From the NCBI GenBank assembly GCA_016202395.1, contig JACQOV010000095.1, forward strand, positions 1,335-65,334: DNA of 64,000 bases, read 5' to 3'. Position 1 is the first letter of the stretch. Each line of letters begins with the position of its first letter. The position numbers and the translations under genes are program-made. Below, piece after piece: positions 37,725 to 46,908 of the stretch. The notes beneath the pieces were generated by a model that did no database searches, was not told where the DNA came from, and saw only the letters and a program-made list of their open reading frames with translations. The stretch is from Deltaproteobacteria bacterium (lineage in GTDB: Bacteria > JACQOV01).

Positions 37725-38746
37725 GAAAATAACGCTCGAATCCTTTTCTCTAAAAGGGGCCACCCTTCCGTCACCTCCCACTCGATCGCCAATACCCATA
37801 CCGGAATATCGGAAGAGAATCGATCAAGGCGCATTGCGTCTTTTTCCGTCGTCACAATCGCATCGACTTGTTGAGCCCTTGCCATTTCCAAAATCCTTTT
37901 CCAATCCCGATCGCGGTAAAAATAATGGTCTGGGAAAGGCAATGGTTGTACCACCTTCGCTCCTAATTTGCCAAGCGTTGTCATAAAGGAATCCGGTTGA
38001 GCAATTCCACACACCGCAAGGATTCTCTTCCCTTTCAACCGATTCAGCTCCTCCATCTTGCGAACTCGTAGAGCCCAAAACCCCTTGGGACGATGACAAG
38101 ACCGAAGAATGGGCCTCGTGGGCACAACGCGACGCAACGGAACAATGGTGGAATCCATCCGATCTACTTCATCGACTCGGGTCAAACACAAAAAATCTGC
38201 GCGCTGAAGCGCCGACAAAGGCTCTCTCCAAGGCCCAATCGGGAGCAATCGACGATTCCCAAAGAATGAACTGCCATCGATCAATACCATATCAAGATCT
38301 CTTTGAAGTCGAAAATGCTGAAAACCATCATCCAACAAAAAAACATCGACCGGAAAACGCTTTAAAGCCCAATGGGCCGCCTCCACTCTCTTCTTTCCAA
38401 CAACAACAGGAATTCCAGGAAGCGTGCGAGCCATCAATAAAGGCTCGTCCCCCACCTCCTCCACCGAATCGTTGGGAGAGACCAGGCGGATCGAGTCGGG
38501 ATCCTTTCTTTTGTATCCTCGACTCAAGATAGCCACCTCTTTTCGAAGTTCCTCTCGAATCCATCGAGCTAAAGCAATGACCGCAGGGGTTTTCCCTGTC
38601 CCCCCCACTGTGAGGTTTCCAATCGAAATCACTGGAACAGGAAGTTTTGTAGATAGAGCCCATCCTTTTTTATAGGCAAAAACGCGACATCTCACAGCGA
38701 AGCCATAGAACCATGAGAGAGGTGCAAGCCAGCTCTGCTTTGTCAT
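37721..38746 (-). CDS. lpxK: tetraacyldisaccharide 4'-kinase
   Basis: P-loop ISIGNLTVGGTGKTP, characteristic of LpxK. Confidence 0.9.
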   Translation of the reverse strand: MTKQSWLAPLSWFYGFAVRCRVFAYKKGWALSTKLPVPVISIGNLTVGGTGKTPAVIALARWIREELRKEVAILSRGYKRKDPDSIRLVSPNDSVEEVGDEPLLMARTLPGIPVVVGKKRVEAAHWALKRFPVDVFLLDDGFQHFRLQRDLDMVLIDGSSFFGNRRLLPIGPWREPLSALQRADFLCLTRVDEVDRMDSTIVPLRRVVPTRPILRSCHRPKGFWALRVRKMEELNRLKGKRILAVCGIAQPDSFMTTLGKLGAKVVQPLPFPDHYFYRDRDWKRILEMARAQQVDAIVTTEKDAMRLDRFSSDIPVWVLAIEWEVTEGWPLLEKRIRALFS

Positions 38747-40050
38747 AAAATTCCCCTCAACAACGGATCTAAAAGACGAAGGTTACGATCGGTGGCTCCA
38801 ACTATCTTTTTAATCTCTTCGGACGTTCGTTGAGAGGCTTGCTCTACCTGATCAGGGGCCAGAAGGAACTGAGAAACGCCTCGAACGAGATCCTCGGCCC
38901 CTCGAGCTTCCTTCCCTAAACCGGTTCGCAGTAAAAGATCTCTTGCCTCTTGAACCTCCGAGGTATAGGGGCCAAATAGAACCGGTTTCCCCAAAAGAGC
39001 GGGCTCAAAAAGATTATGCCCTCCGATCGACACCAAAGTCCCTCCCACAAAAACGACAGAGGCATAGTGATAAAATTGTATCAATTCCCCCAGAGTATCC
39101 AACACCAACACCGCGATTCCAGGAATGGGATTAGAACCGTTGAGTTCCGAGCGACGCAGCGGCTTGAATCCAAAAGACTCCACCTTTCCAACGAAATCCG
39201 AAACCCGATCCAGATGCCGAGGAGCCAACACCAGTCGAAGATCGGGAAAATACTCCCTCAATCGAGAGTAGGCTTGAAGGATCGCTTCAGGCTCCCCGGT
39301 TCGAATACTCCCCGCAACCCACCACCGTCCCTCTCCCAAAAAATGGAGAGGGACGCTTTTCGCCGAAGAGACCCAATCGACCCACAAGTCCAATTTGGTG
39401 TCCCCCGTGACAGAGATTCGATCAGAAGGGATCCCTAAGTCGATCAATCGACGCTGGATCTCCTCATTTTGCACTCCGAAATGGGTCACCGATTCCAAAA
39501 GAGGACGAGCAATCCACCGAAAACGTCGGAAACGACGATACGAACGAGCAGACAACGATCCATTAAAAACTAAAACGGGAATCTTTAGAATTCTCGCCGC
39601 CAAAAGAAAATTGGGCCAGAGCTCTGACTCATACAAGATCACAACCGTAGGATTCCATCGCCTCAAACTTCTTAAAGAGATCCACAAAAGATCCAGAGGA
39701 AAGAGTTGGGCCTGCAGCTCAGGGAACTTTTTATGGATAAGATCTCTCCCTGTTGGAGTCATGGAGGTAAATAAAATAGGGGAGCTGCCGTGTTTAGAGA
39801 GCAGCTTTTTAAGCAAGGGGGCGGCCGCCAATCCTTCCCCCATCGAAGCGGCATGAACCCAGAAACGGGGAGCCTTCCCTCGTTTTATTTCTCTGTTAAG
39901 GGCAAGCCGCTCTTTCCACTGTTTGCGCAAATCCTGTTTAAAAAGAAGGTAGAGGACAAGAAAAGGGCCTGCCGTCAACAATAGAATGAAAAGCAAAATA
40001 TTGTATAGAATAAAAAAAACTATTTTCATAACTATTGGGTTTCCCCTCAC
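38743..40050 (-). CDS. waaA: 3-deoxy-D-manno-octulosonic acid (Kdo) transferase
   Basis: 435 aa. N-terminal TM, WVHAASMGE motif, and C-terminal GT-B fold (GGHNLFEPA). Confidence 0.9.
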   Translation of the reverse strand: MRGNPIVMKIVFFILYNILLFILLLTAGPFLVLYLLFKQDLRKQWKERLALNREIKRGKAPRFWVHAASMGEGLAAAPLLKKLLSKHGSSPILFTSMTPTGRDLIHKKFPELQAQLFPLDLLWISLRSLRRWNPTVVILYESELWPNFLLAARILKIPVLVFNGSLSARSYRRFRRFRWIARPLLESVTHFGVQNEEIQRRLIDLGIPSDRISVTGDTKLDLWVDWVSSAKSVPLHFLGEGRWWVAGSIRTGEPEAILQAYSRLREYFPDLRLVLAPRHLDRVSDFVGKVESFGFKPLRRSELNGSNPIPGIAVLVLDTLGELIQFYHYASVVFVGGTLVSIGGHNLFEPALLGKPVLFGPYTSEVQEARDLLLRTGLGKEARGAEDLVRGVSQFLLAPDQVEQASQRTSEEIKKIVGATDRNLRLLDPLLRGIL

Positions 40051-40096
40051 CCATGGCCCTCTCCCCGCTTTGCGGGGAGAGGGTTCGGGTGAGGGG
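40043..40096. repeat. 54-bp GC-rich palindromic element, family B, copy 2
   Basis: cccctcaccc-atgg-ccctctccccgc-tttg-cggggagaggg-ttcg-ggtgagggg. It overlaps the waaA start and encodes the PLPAKRGEG tail of the upstream ORF. Confidence 0.75.
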
Positions 40097-40700
40097 ATTT
40101 TAGAAGCTCCTCTGCTCTCTGTGAAAGAATTTTTAACTGCTCCTCCACTTGAACCCGAATCCTCTCACGTCCCTGCGAATCCTCGCCGGATGCAACTGGA
40201 ATAGGATCCCCTAAAACAATCACTCCTCGTGTCCCCGGCAAAGGGATTTGATATCGATCCCAGGCCTTCGACAAAATCTTTCTCCATTGGGCCCGCGCCG
40301 CTCCAGGAACGATCGGCCGACCGGTCCGTTGAGCCAATGTCACAACCCCCGGTTTTACGATCCCTGCAGGTCCTCGAGGCCCATCGACAGCTAAAGCAGC
40401 GCTCCAACCTTCTTCAATCCAACGAGCCATCTCAAAAAGGGCTCGGCCCCCTCCCCGATGGCTTGAGCCTCGAACCACCCCATAACCGAATCTCTTCAAG
40501 ATTCGAGCTTGAATCTCTCCATCGCGACTTAAACTCGAGGGGATCACAATTTTTCGATGCCGAAAGGCATGATACAGCAACGCCTGATCCCCATGGAGGA
40601 AGGCATAGATTACCGGCCCTGTTGGAGGTGTTCCCTCCACGATTCGGAGTCGCCACGTTGCGCTTAATGATCGGATGAGAACGGATCCAACGGAGGCCAC
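40047..40700 (-). CDS. DUF374 / lysophospholipid acyltransferase-like protein associated with Kdo transferase
   Basis: Motifs RSLSATWRL, HGDQ and LAVDGPRGP. The ORF track extends to 40898, overlapping msbA by 179 nt. The true start is probably just downstream of the msbA stop, around 40700. Confidence 0.7.
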   Translation of the reverse strand: MASVGSVLIRSLSATWRLRIVEGTPPTGPVIYAFLHGDQALLYHAFRHRKIVIPSSLSRDGEIQARILKRFGYGVVRGSSHRGGGRALFEMARWIEEGWSAALAVDGPRGPAGIVKPGVVTLAQRTGRPIVPGAARAQWRKILSKAWDRYQIPLPGTRGVIVLGDPIPVASGEDSQGRERIRVQVEEQLKILSQRAEELLKSPHPNPLPAKRGEGHG

Positions 40701-40719
40701 ACATGGCGTCCACCAGGGT

Positions 40720-42468
40720 CTATCCCGCCGCGGTGGCTTCGAAACGCTCTGGCTGGTCTCGGAATTGTAATTCGTAAAGGCGTTGATATTCCCCTCCATG
40801 ACGGATAAGTTCGGAGTGACTTCCCGACTCAACAACCGCTCCATTGCGGAGAACGATGATCCGATCGGCGTGACGAATCGTTGAAAGGCGATGAGCAATC
40901 ACAAAAACGGTTCTTCCCTCCATGAGCCGATCGAGGGCCTTCTGCACCTCTTTCTCCGATTCCGCGTCTAAAGAGGATGTGGCCTCATCGAGGATCAAGA
41001 CAGGAGCGTCTTTAGCCAAGGCTCTTGCGATGGCAATCCTTTGTTGCTGTCCTCCCGAAAGACGAACTCCCTGTTCCCCAATGACGGTGTCATAGCCCTG
41101 CGGAAGTTTCTGGATAAAATTATCGGCGTGAGCATCGACGGCGGCCTGACGAATCTGCTCCGGCCTCTTTCCCAAATCCCCGTAAGCGATGCTATTGTAG
41201 ATCGTGTCGTTAAAAAGGATCGTCTGCTGCGTAACAATGGCAATCTGGGAGCGAAGGGATTCCAGAGTCCCATCTCGAATATCGACCCCATCGATCTCGA
41301 TAGAACCTTCTGTCACGTCATAGAATCGAGGAATCAGATTGACCAACGTCGACTTCCCAACGCCACTGGCTCCCACAACCGCTAAAATCTCTCCTTTGGG
41401 AACCGCCAAATCCAGATTTTTGAGGATCATGTCGTGGCCGTAGCTGAAAAAGACGTTCTTCAAAACAATCTCCTTGGAAAAGGGCTTGAGCTTCATGGCG
41501 TGACGTTTTTCTTTTACGGTCGGTTCCATATCAAACACCGCAAAAACCCTCGAGGCCGCCGCAATGACCTGCTGAATCTGATTGTTGAGCCCTGTCGTTT
41601 TGGAGATCGGTCGATACATGAGCAAGATCGCGGTCACAAAAGAGATAAAGGTCCCGGGTGTAGAGGTCCCCGCAATGACTCGCGATCCCCCATACCACAT
41701 CACCAAAGCGAAGACGATTGCCCCCATCACCTCAAAAAAGGGCGAGCCCATCTCTTGGACCCGAACCGATTTAACGGTGGCTCGAGTGTAGTGGCGATTC
41801 TCTTCCTCAAACCGTCCGAGTTCATGTCGCTCCCGCCCAAAGGCTTTCACAATCCGAGCTCCGCTAAAGGTCTCCTGCAAGATCGAGTTCAACCGTCCAA
41901 TCCGATCTTGGCTTCTGCCGCTGTACTTCCGAATCTTCTTGCCCAACTGGACCATCAGCAAGGCTGTCAAGGGGAAGATCAACAGCGAGATTGAAGCCAG
42001 CCTCCATTCTCGGTAAAAGGCAACCCCTAACAAGGCAACGATGGTGAGAGGATACTGGACAATGTTGCTTAAAGAACCGGTCAACTGCTGCATCAGCCCC
42101 ACATCACTGGTAATATGGCTCATGAGCTGTCCTGTGCCTGTCTTATGGAAAAAATCGAGCGATAACGAATGGATCTTCTCGAAAAGGTCCCGACGGATCC
42201 GAGCCACAACCCGAAGTCCAATCGATTGAATGAGCGTGCCACTAAGATAGCGTAAAACACCCCGAACCAGGTAAACGGCAACGAGCCCCAGGGGAAGAAT
42301 CGTGAGCATTCGAACATCTTTTTTGACAAAGATTTCATCCAGAACAGGCTTAACGAGGTAAGCGATCGCCCCCTCACTGGCTGAAATCCCCAGAGCGCAA
42401 AACGCCGCCAGGACGAGTTTGGCCGAAGAGGATCTGTAGTACCGAAGTAATCTTAGAAATACATTCAT
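40720..42468 (-). CDS. msbA: lipid A export ABC transporter ATP-binding/permease MsbA
   Basis: 582 aa. Six N-terminal TM segments plus an NBD with GASGVGKST, LSGGQQQR and ILDEATS. Confidence 0.9.
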   Translation of the reverse strand: MNVFLRLLRYYRSSSAKLVLAAFCALGISASEGAIAYLVKPVLDEIFVKKDVRMLTILPLGLVAVYLVRGVLRYLSGTLIQSIGLRVVARIRRDLFEKIHSLSLDFFHKTGTGQLMSHITSDVGLMQQLTGSLSNIVQYPLTIVALLGVAFYREWRLASISLLIFPLTALLMVQLGKKIRKYSGRSQDRIGRLNSILQETFSGARIVKAFGRERHELGRFEEENRHYTRATVKSVRVQEMGSPFFEVMGAIVFALVMWYGGSRVIAGTSTPGTFISFVTAILLMYRPISKTTGLNNQIQQVIAAASRVFAVFDMEPTVKEKRHAMKLKPFSKEIVLKNVFFSYGHDMILKNLDLAVPKGEILAVVGASGVGKSTLVNLIPRFYDVTEGSIEIDGVDIRDGTLESLRSQIAIVTQQTILFNDTIYNSIAYGDLGKRPEQIRQAAVDAHADNFIQKLPQGYDTVIGEQGVRLSGGQQQRIAIARALAKDAPVLILDEATSSLDAESEKEVQKALDRLMEGRTVFVIAHRLSTIRHADRIIVLRNGAVVESGSHSELIRHGGEYQRLYELQFRDQPERFEATAAG

Positions 42469-43613
42469 AAAACCGTTTCTAAAAAGAGACGGGCGGCGCG
42501 TTCCGAGGCCCTTCGCTCTCCCAAACGATGGGGAATCTCCCCTAACCCTTCAACGATATCGGATCGCCAACCCGCTAAGATAGATGCCACCTCCAATGCG
42601 ATCCTCCCTGCCGTCACCTCCCCTTGAATCAGCTCCGGCACCAAAGGCCTCCCCAGTACTAAATTCGGCATCGCGATGAATGGAACCTCGACTAGCACCC
42701 TCCCTATCCCATAAGTCAACCACGAGGTCTTATAAACCACGACCATCGGCTTCGCCAAAAGAGCTGTTTCCAGTGTGGCTGTCCCTGAGGCCACCACCAC
42801 CACGTCGGAGGCTGCAATGGCGTTATAGGCCTCCCCCTCCACAACCGTAACAGGAATCGAGGGGGCTGACAACCACGGATCACAATCTAATCGGGAGATC
42901 CCTGAGGCCAAAGGGAGAAGAAACTGGGTAATCCCCTCTTCCTTCCAAAGCCTCTCAGCAGCCCCCAACATCGGCTTGAGGAGGCGCCGGATCTCGCTCA
43001 TCCGGCTTCCTGGCATTAAAGCGACAACCTTCTTGTTCGAATCGAGCCCATATCGGGTTAGAAAGGCCCATCGATCCTGCGTCGCTCGAACGCGTTCGAC
43101 CAGAGGGTGCCCCACAAACTCAACCGAAACCCCACGCGAGCGATAAAAATCGACCTCGAAAGGGAAAACCACCGCCATTTTGCGAACATACCGGGCAATC
43201 GAGGCCACTCGGCCGGGTCTCCAAGCCCAAACCTGAGGGCTAATATAGTAAAAAACAGGGATATTCAGATGATAGGCCTTGCGAGCCATCCGGAGATTGA
43301 AATCAGGAAAATCGACCAAAACGACCGCGTGGATCTCTCCATTCTCTAACAACGCCCCTAACTTCCTCCAGGCCGCCAACACCTTTCCCATCTTAGGAAG
43401 AACCTCGGTCAACCCGACAACAGCAACCTCCTCCGATGGAACAACGATAGAGACTCCTTGACGCCGAAGCTCCTCACCCCCCATCCCAACAAACTCGACT
43501 TCCACGTCGAGACGGCGCACTTCACGAACAAAAGCGGAGGCATGCAGATCTCCCGAGGCCTCTCCAGCGATGATTAAGACCTTTTTCTTCATAGAGAAAC
43601 GGTTTAGGGGCAA
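42465..43613 (-). CDS. lpxB: lipid-A-disaccharide synthase
   Basis: 382-aa GT19 family protein. N-terminus KKVLIIAGEASGDLH. Confidence 0.9.
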   Translation of the reverse strand: MPLNRFSMKKKVLIIAGEASGDLHASAFVREVRRLDVEVEFVGMGGEELRRQGVSIVVPSEEVAVVGLTEVLPKMGKVLAAWRKLGALLENGEIHAVVLVDFPDFNLRMARKAYHLNIPVFYYISPQVWAWRPGRVASIARYVRKMAVVFPFEVDFYRSRGVSVEFVGHPLVERVRATQDRWAFLTRYGLDSNKKVVALMPGSRMSEIRRLLKPMLGAAERLWKEEGITQFLLPLASGISRLDCDPWLSAPSIPVTVVEGEAYNAIAASDVVVVASGTATLETALLAKPMVVVYKTSWLTYGIGRVLVEVPFIAMPNLVLGRPLVPELIQGEVTAGRIALEVASILAGWRSDIVEGLGEIPHRLGERRASERAARLFLETVL

Positions 43614-44548
43614 AATGCCCCAATCTCTTTTTGAATCTTGAGGGCAACCTCCAAAGCCGCCCGAGCCTCCCTCCCCGTAACAAGAGGCCTCCCCCTTTCT
43701 CGAACGGAAGCGATGAAAGATCGCAGCTCTTCTCGCAGAAGATCGGCTTTTTCAAAAGTGAAGGTCTCCGCCTCAATTTGAGGCCACGCCTCGTCCTGGG
43801 ATCCCCCCACTCGACGACAAACCATAACGGAAGGCTCTTCAAAATTGATCGAGGCATAGAAATCGGATTGAAAGATCCTGAACTTTCTCTGACGCTCCAA
43901 AGAGGCGCGGCTGGCTGTGATATTGGCGGTGCAACCGTTGAGAAAACGGAGACGCACATTGGCAATATCCACATTCTTTGAGATGACAGGAACCCCCACC
44001 GCATCGATCGACTGAATGGGAGACGCAACCCATGTGAGGATCAAATCGATATCATGAATCATCAAGTCCAGAATCACATCGACATCGTAGTTGCGCTCGG
44101 GAAAAGGACCCATCCGATGAACCTCAATAAACCGAGGATTTTGCAACATCGGCTGAATCTTCTGAATCGCAGGATTAAATCGCTCCAAGTGACCGACTTG
44201 AAAAATACACCGATGCTCTTCGGCCTGTTGGATCAACTGATCCGCCTCGGCAACAGAGGCTGAAATCGGTTTTTCCAACAAAACGTCTTTCCCCGCCGCT
44301 AAAAAAGGGGAGGCGATCTCAAAATGTTGCGAGGTGGGCACAACAATGCTCACCGCATCAACATGGGGGAGAAGATCTTGGGCTCGATAAAAAGGCTTCG
44401 TTCCATATTGAGTGGCAATCGAATCGGCTCGTGAAGAATCCACATCCGCAACTCCCACCAAATGAACCCCCTCCATCTGAGCGTATTTTTCGGTATGGAA
44501 GCGACCGAGATACCCTACCCCTACAACCCCTACCTTAATTGGCCTCAT
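43604..44548 (-). CDS. Gfo/Idh/MocA family NAD-dependent oxidoreductase (GnnA-like position inside the lpx cluster)
   Basis: N-terminal Rossmann motif IKVGVVGVGYLGRFH and a Gfo/Idh/MocA C-terminal domain. Confidence 0.75.
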   Translation of the reverse strand: MRPIKVGVVGVGYLGRFHTEKYAQMEGVHLVGVADVDSSRADSIATQYGTKPFYRAQDLLPHVDAVSIVVPTSQHFEIASPFLAAGKDVLLEKPISASVAEADQLIQQAEEHRCIFQVGHLERFNPAIQKIQPMLQNPRFIEVHRMGPFPERNYDVDVILDLMIHDIDLILTWVASPIQSIDAVGVPVISKNVDIANVRLRFLNGCTANITASRASLERQRKFRIFQSDFYASINFEEPSVMVCRRVGGSQDEAWPQIEAETFTFEKADLLREELRSFIASVRERGRPLVTGREARAALEVALKIQKEIGAFCP

Positions 44549-45321
44549 CGGCAGATCCCTCGTTCGCTCTGACGTATGAAGTCGACAAGAAAGGTTACCG
44601 GTTGGGAATCCCCTACCTCTTCCGTTACCCGTTTGAGGGCTTCTTCCAATCTCAATCTAGAACGGAAGATTAATTTGTAAGCCTTCTGGATCTTTTCAAT
44701 CGAAGGACTATCGAAACCTCGCCGCTCCAATCCAATAACATTCACCCCGCGAAGAGACGCCCGATCCCCTTGAGCGATCATGAAAGGGGGAATGTCCATC
44801 GCCACCATCGATCCTGCGCCAATTAAGGCCGATTCCCCGATACGCACAAACTGATGGATTCCACAAAGTCCCCCCAGTATTGCGTGATCCGCGATTGAGA
44901 CGTGTCCTGCTAAGGCGACGGAGTTGGCTAAAACAACCGAACTTTCGATCTCGCAATCGTGAGCTACATGAGAACAGGCCATGAAGAGATTCCTATGACC
45001 GATGGTTGTGATCCCTCTTCCCCCCGGGGTTCCAATGTGAACCGTTGCTCCTTCTCGGAAAACGTTATCATTCCCTATCTTTAAGGAGGTCGGTTCGCCT
45101 TTGTATTTGAGGTCTTGAGGGATCTCTCCGACGGAGGCAAATTGAAAGAATTTATTGCCAGAGCCAATTTCTGTTCTCCCCCGGAGAACCACATGGGGCC
45201 CCACCCATGTCCCCTTTCCCACTTTGACATGAGGTCCTACGATGGAATAAGGTCCAACCTCGACATCCTCGTCAAGCCAAGCCCCTTTTTCTACGATTGC
45301 GGTTGGATGAATTTGAGTCAT
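44545..45321 (-). CDS. lpxA: acyl-ACP--UDP-N-acetylglucosamine O-acyltransferase
   Basis: Left-handed beta-helix hexapeptide repeats. The start is taken at MTQIHPTAIVEKGA, overlapping the lpxD stop by ATGA. ORF-track start 45414 is an upstream in-frame extension. Confidence 0.9.
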   Translation of the reverse strand: MTQIHPTAIVEKGAWLDEDVEVGPYSIVGPHVKVGKGTWVGPHVVLRGRTEIGSGNKFFQFASVGEIPQDLKYKGEPTSLKIGNDNVFREGATVHIGTPGGRGITTIGHRNLFMACSHVAHDCEIESSVVLANSVALAGHVSIADHAILGGLCGIHQFVRIGESALIGAGSMVAMDIPPFMIAQGDRASLRGVNVIGLERRGFDSPSIEKIQKAYKLIFRSRLRLEEALKRVTEEVGDSQPVTFLVDFIRQSERGICR

Positions 45322-46361
45322 TCCTTCTCCAGCTTCTGTAAGCGACGCTCTAGTTCTGCAACCTTCTTCCGTAGCCTGGGAAGCTCTTTCACGGACATTG
45401 CTGATCGTCTCCAAACGGAGACCGGCATGGCAGGGTAACCCATCATCTGTTCGCCCGGCTCAATATTCTGCCCTACTCCTGACTTGGGCCCTACGATAGC
45501 CCCATCACCGATCTTCATCCCCTGTGCCACTCCAACCTGTCCTGCAAGAATCACCCCTTTCCCAATCTGAGAACTCCCTGAAATCCCCACTTGCGAAACC
45601 AGAACGGAATGAGGACCGATGACAACGTTGTGAGCGATCTGAACCTGATTATCGATTTTAGTTCCACGCCCGATCACGGTCTCTCCTAACGTAGCACGAT
45701 CAATGGTGGCTCCGGCGCCAATCTCCACATCGTCTTCGATCCGAACAATTCCGACATGGGGGATTTTAACCCTCTCCCCGTTCTCCACGGCGTAGCCAAA
45801 GCCATCACTCCCGATGACAGCTCCACTGTGGACAATCACTCGATCCCCTATTTTGCATCGATTTAGAACGGAGGTATTGGGATACAAAACCCCCTGCTGC
45901 CCAATCGTGCAATCCTCCCCCACATAGACCCCAGGATAGAGAACGGTCCCTCGGCCAATCCGAGAGCGCTCTCCCACATAGGAGAATGGAAATAGGATGG
46001 CCTCTGAAGCAACGCTCGCGGTAGAAGCGACCATAGCTTGCCCTGACAAAGGCTTGGGATGGGAGACGGGATAGAGAAGCCCCAAGATCCTTGCAAACGC
46101 CAAGTAGGGGTTGGAAGCAATTAAAAAACTCCGTTCGCCTGCCAAAGAAGGAGCCTTCTCAATGACAATGGCCGAAGCTTGAGTTTGATGGATCCATGAT
46201 TCAAAGCGGCGATGGGCTAGAAAAGTGATCTCCCCCACTCGAGCGCTCTCAATAGGCGCCGCACCGGTGATGAGATGATCCTTTCCCACCAGCTTCGCCC
46301 CTACCTGCGAGGCAAGATCTTTTAAAGACCACTTCTGAACTTCCAAAATAGACTCTCCCAT
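45318..46361 (-). CDS. lpxD: UDP-3-O-acylglucosamine N-acyltransferase
   Basis: 347 aa. N-terminal LpxD domain plus hexapeptide repeats. Confidence 0.9.
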   Translation of the reverse strand: MGESILEVQKWSLKDLASQVGAKLVGKDHLITGAAPIESARVGEITFLAHRRFESWIHQTQASAIVIEKAPSLAGERSFLIASNPYLAFARILGLLYPVSHPKPLSGQAMVASTASVASEAILFPFSYVGERSRIGRGTVLYPGVYVGEDCTIGQQGVLYPNTSVLNRCKIGDRVIVHSGAVIGSDGFGYAVENGERVKIPHVGIVRIEDDVEIGAGATIDRATLGETVIGRGTKIDNQVQIAHNVVIGPHSVLVSQVGISGSSQIGKGVILAGQVGVAQGMKIGDGAIVGPKSGVGQNIEPGEQMMGYPAMPVSVWRRSAMSVKELPRLRKKVAELERRLQKLEKE

Positions 46362-46900
46362 TATTGCGTTTTGGTTTGCTTTTGGCGATTAAAAGCTTCC
46401 AATACCAACGGCGTCAGATCTAAAGAATCAGGAGCATATAAAATGCTGCTCTGGGTTTTCTCCAGAATCACCGTATAGTTGCGATCCTGCCCCATCTTCT
46501 CGACAATCTTAATCAGATCTCCCAAGATATCTTTGGTCATCTGAACATCTTGATGTTGGAGCTCAACATCAAGCGACTTAAAAGTCTTGAGGAACTCCTC
46601 CTTCTTCTGGTTGAATCCCTCTTCTTTCTTCTGATAGGCCTCTGGGCTCAAGATCGCTTTCTGTTTGTCGAGCTCCTCTTTCATTTTTTTAAGAGAATCC
46701 TCCAACTCTTTAAGTTTTTTCTGACTCTCTTTCTGTTGCTGCTCGAGTTCTCCACGCGCTTGTTTTCCCGTATCCGATTCCATCAACACCTTTTGAAGAT
46801 CGACATAACCGATCTTGGGAGATTCCTCTCGGGCTCCCACCAAAAGGACCGCGAAAAAGAACAACACCGCCAAATAAATACCTCTCTCTTTCATTGCCAT
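46361..46900 (-). CDS. skp: OmpH/Skp periplasmic chaperone
   Basis: 179 aa. Signal peptide and long coiled-coil rich in K/E/Q. Canonical position between bamA and lpxD. Confidence 0.8.
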   Translation of the reverse strand: MAMKERGIYLAVLFFFAVLLVGAREESPKIGYVDLQKVLMESDTGKQARGELEQQQKESQKKLKELEDSLKKMKEELDKQKAILSPEAYQKKEEGFNQKKEEFLKTFKSLDVELQHQDVQMTKDILGDLIKIVEKMGQDRNYTVILEKTQSSILYAPDSLDLTPLVLEAFNRQKQTKTQ

Positions 46901-46908
46901 ACCTCCTT

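Noticed and set aside
40720-40898. 179-nt overlap between the msbA 5' end and the DUF374 acyltransferase ORF, which could indicate a fusion or frameshift
   Set aside because: It is most simply explained by the ORF finder choosing the most upstream in-frame start. DUF374 family proteins are ~220 aa, so the true start probably lies just downstream of the msbA stop.
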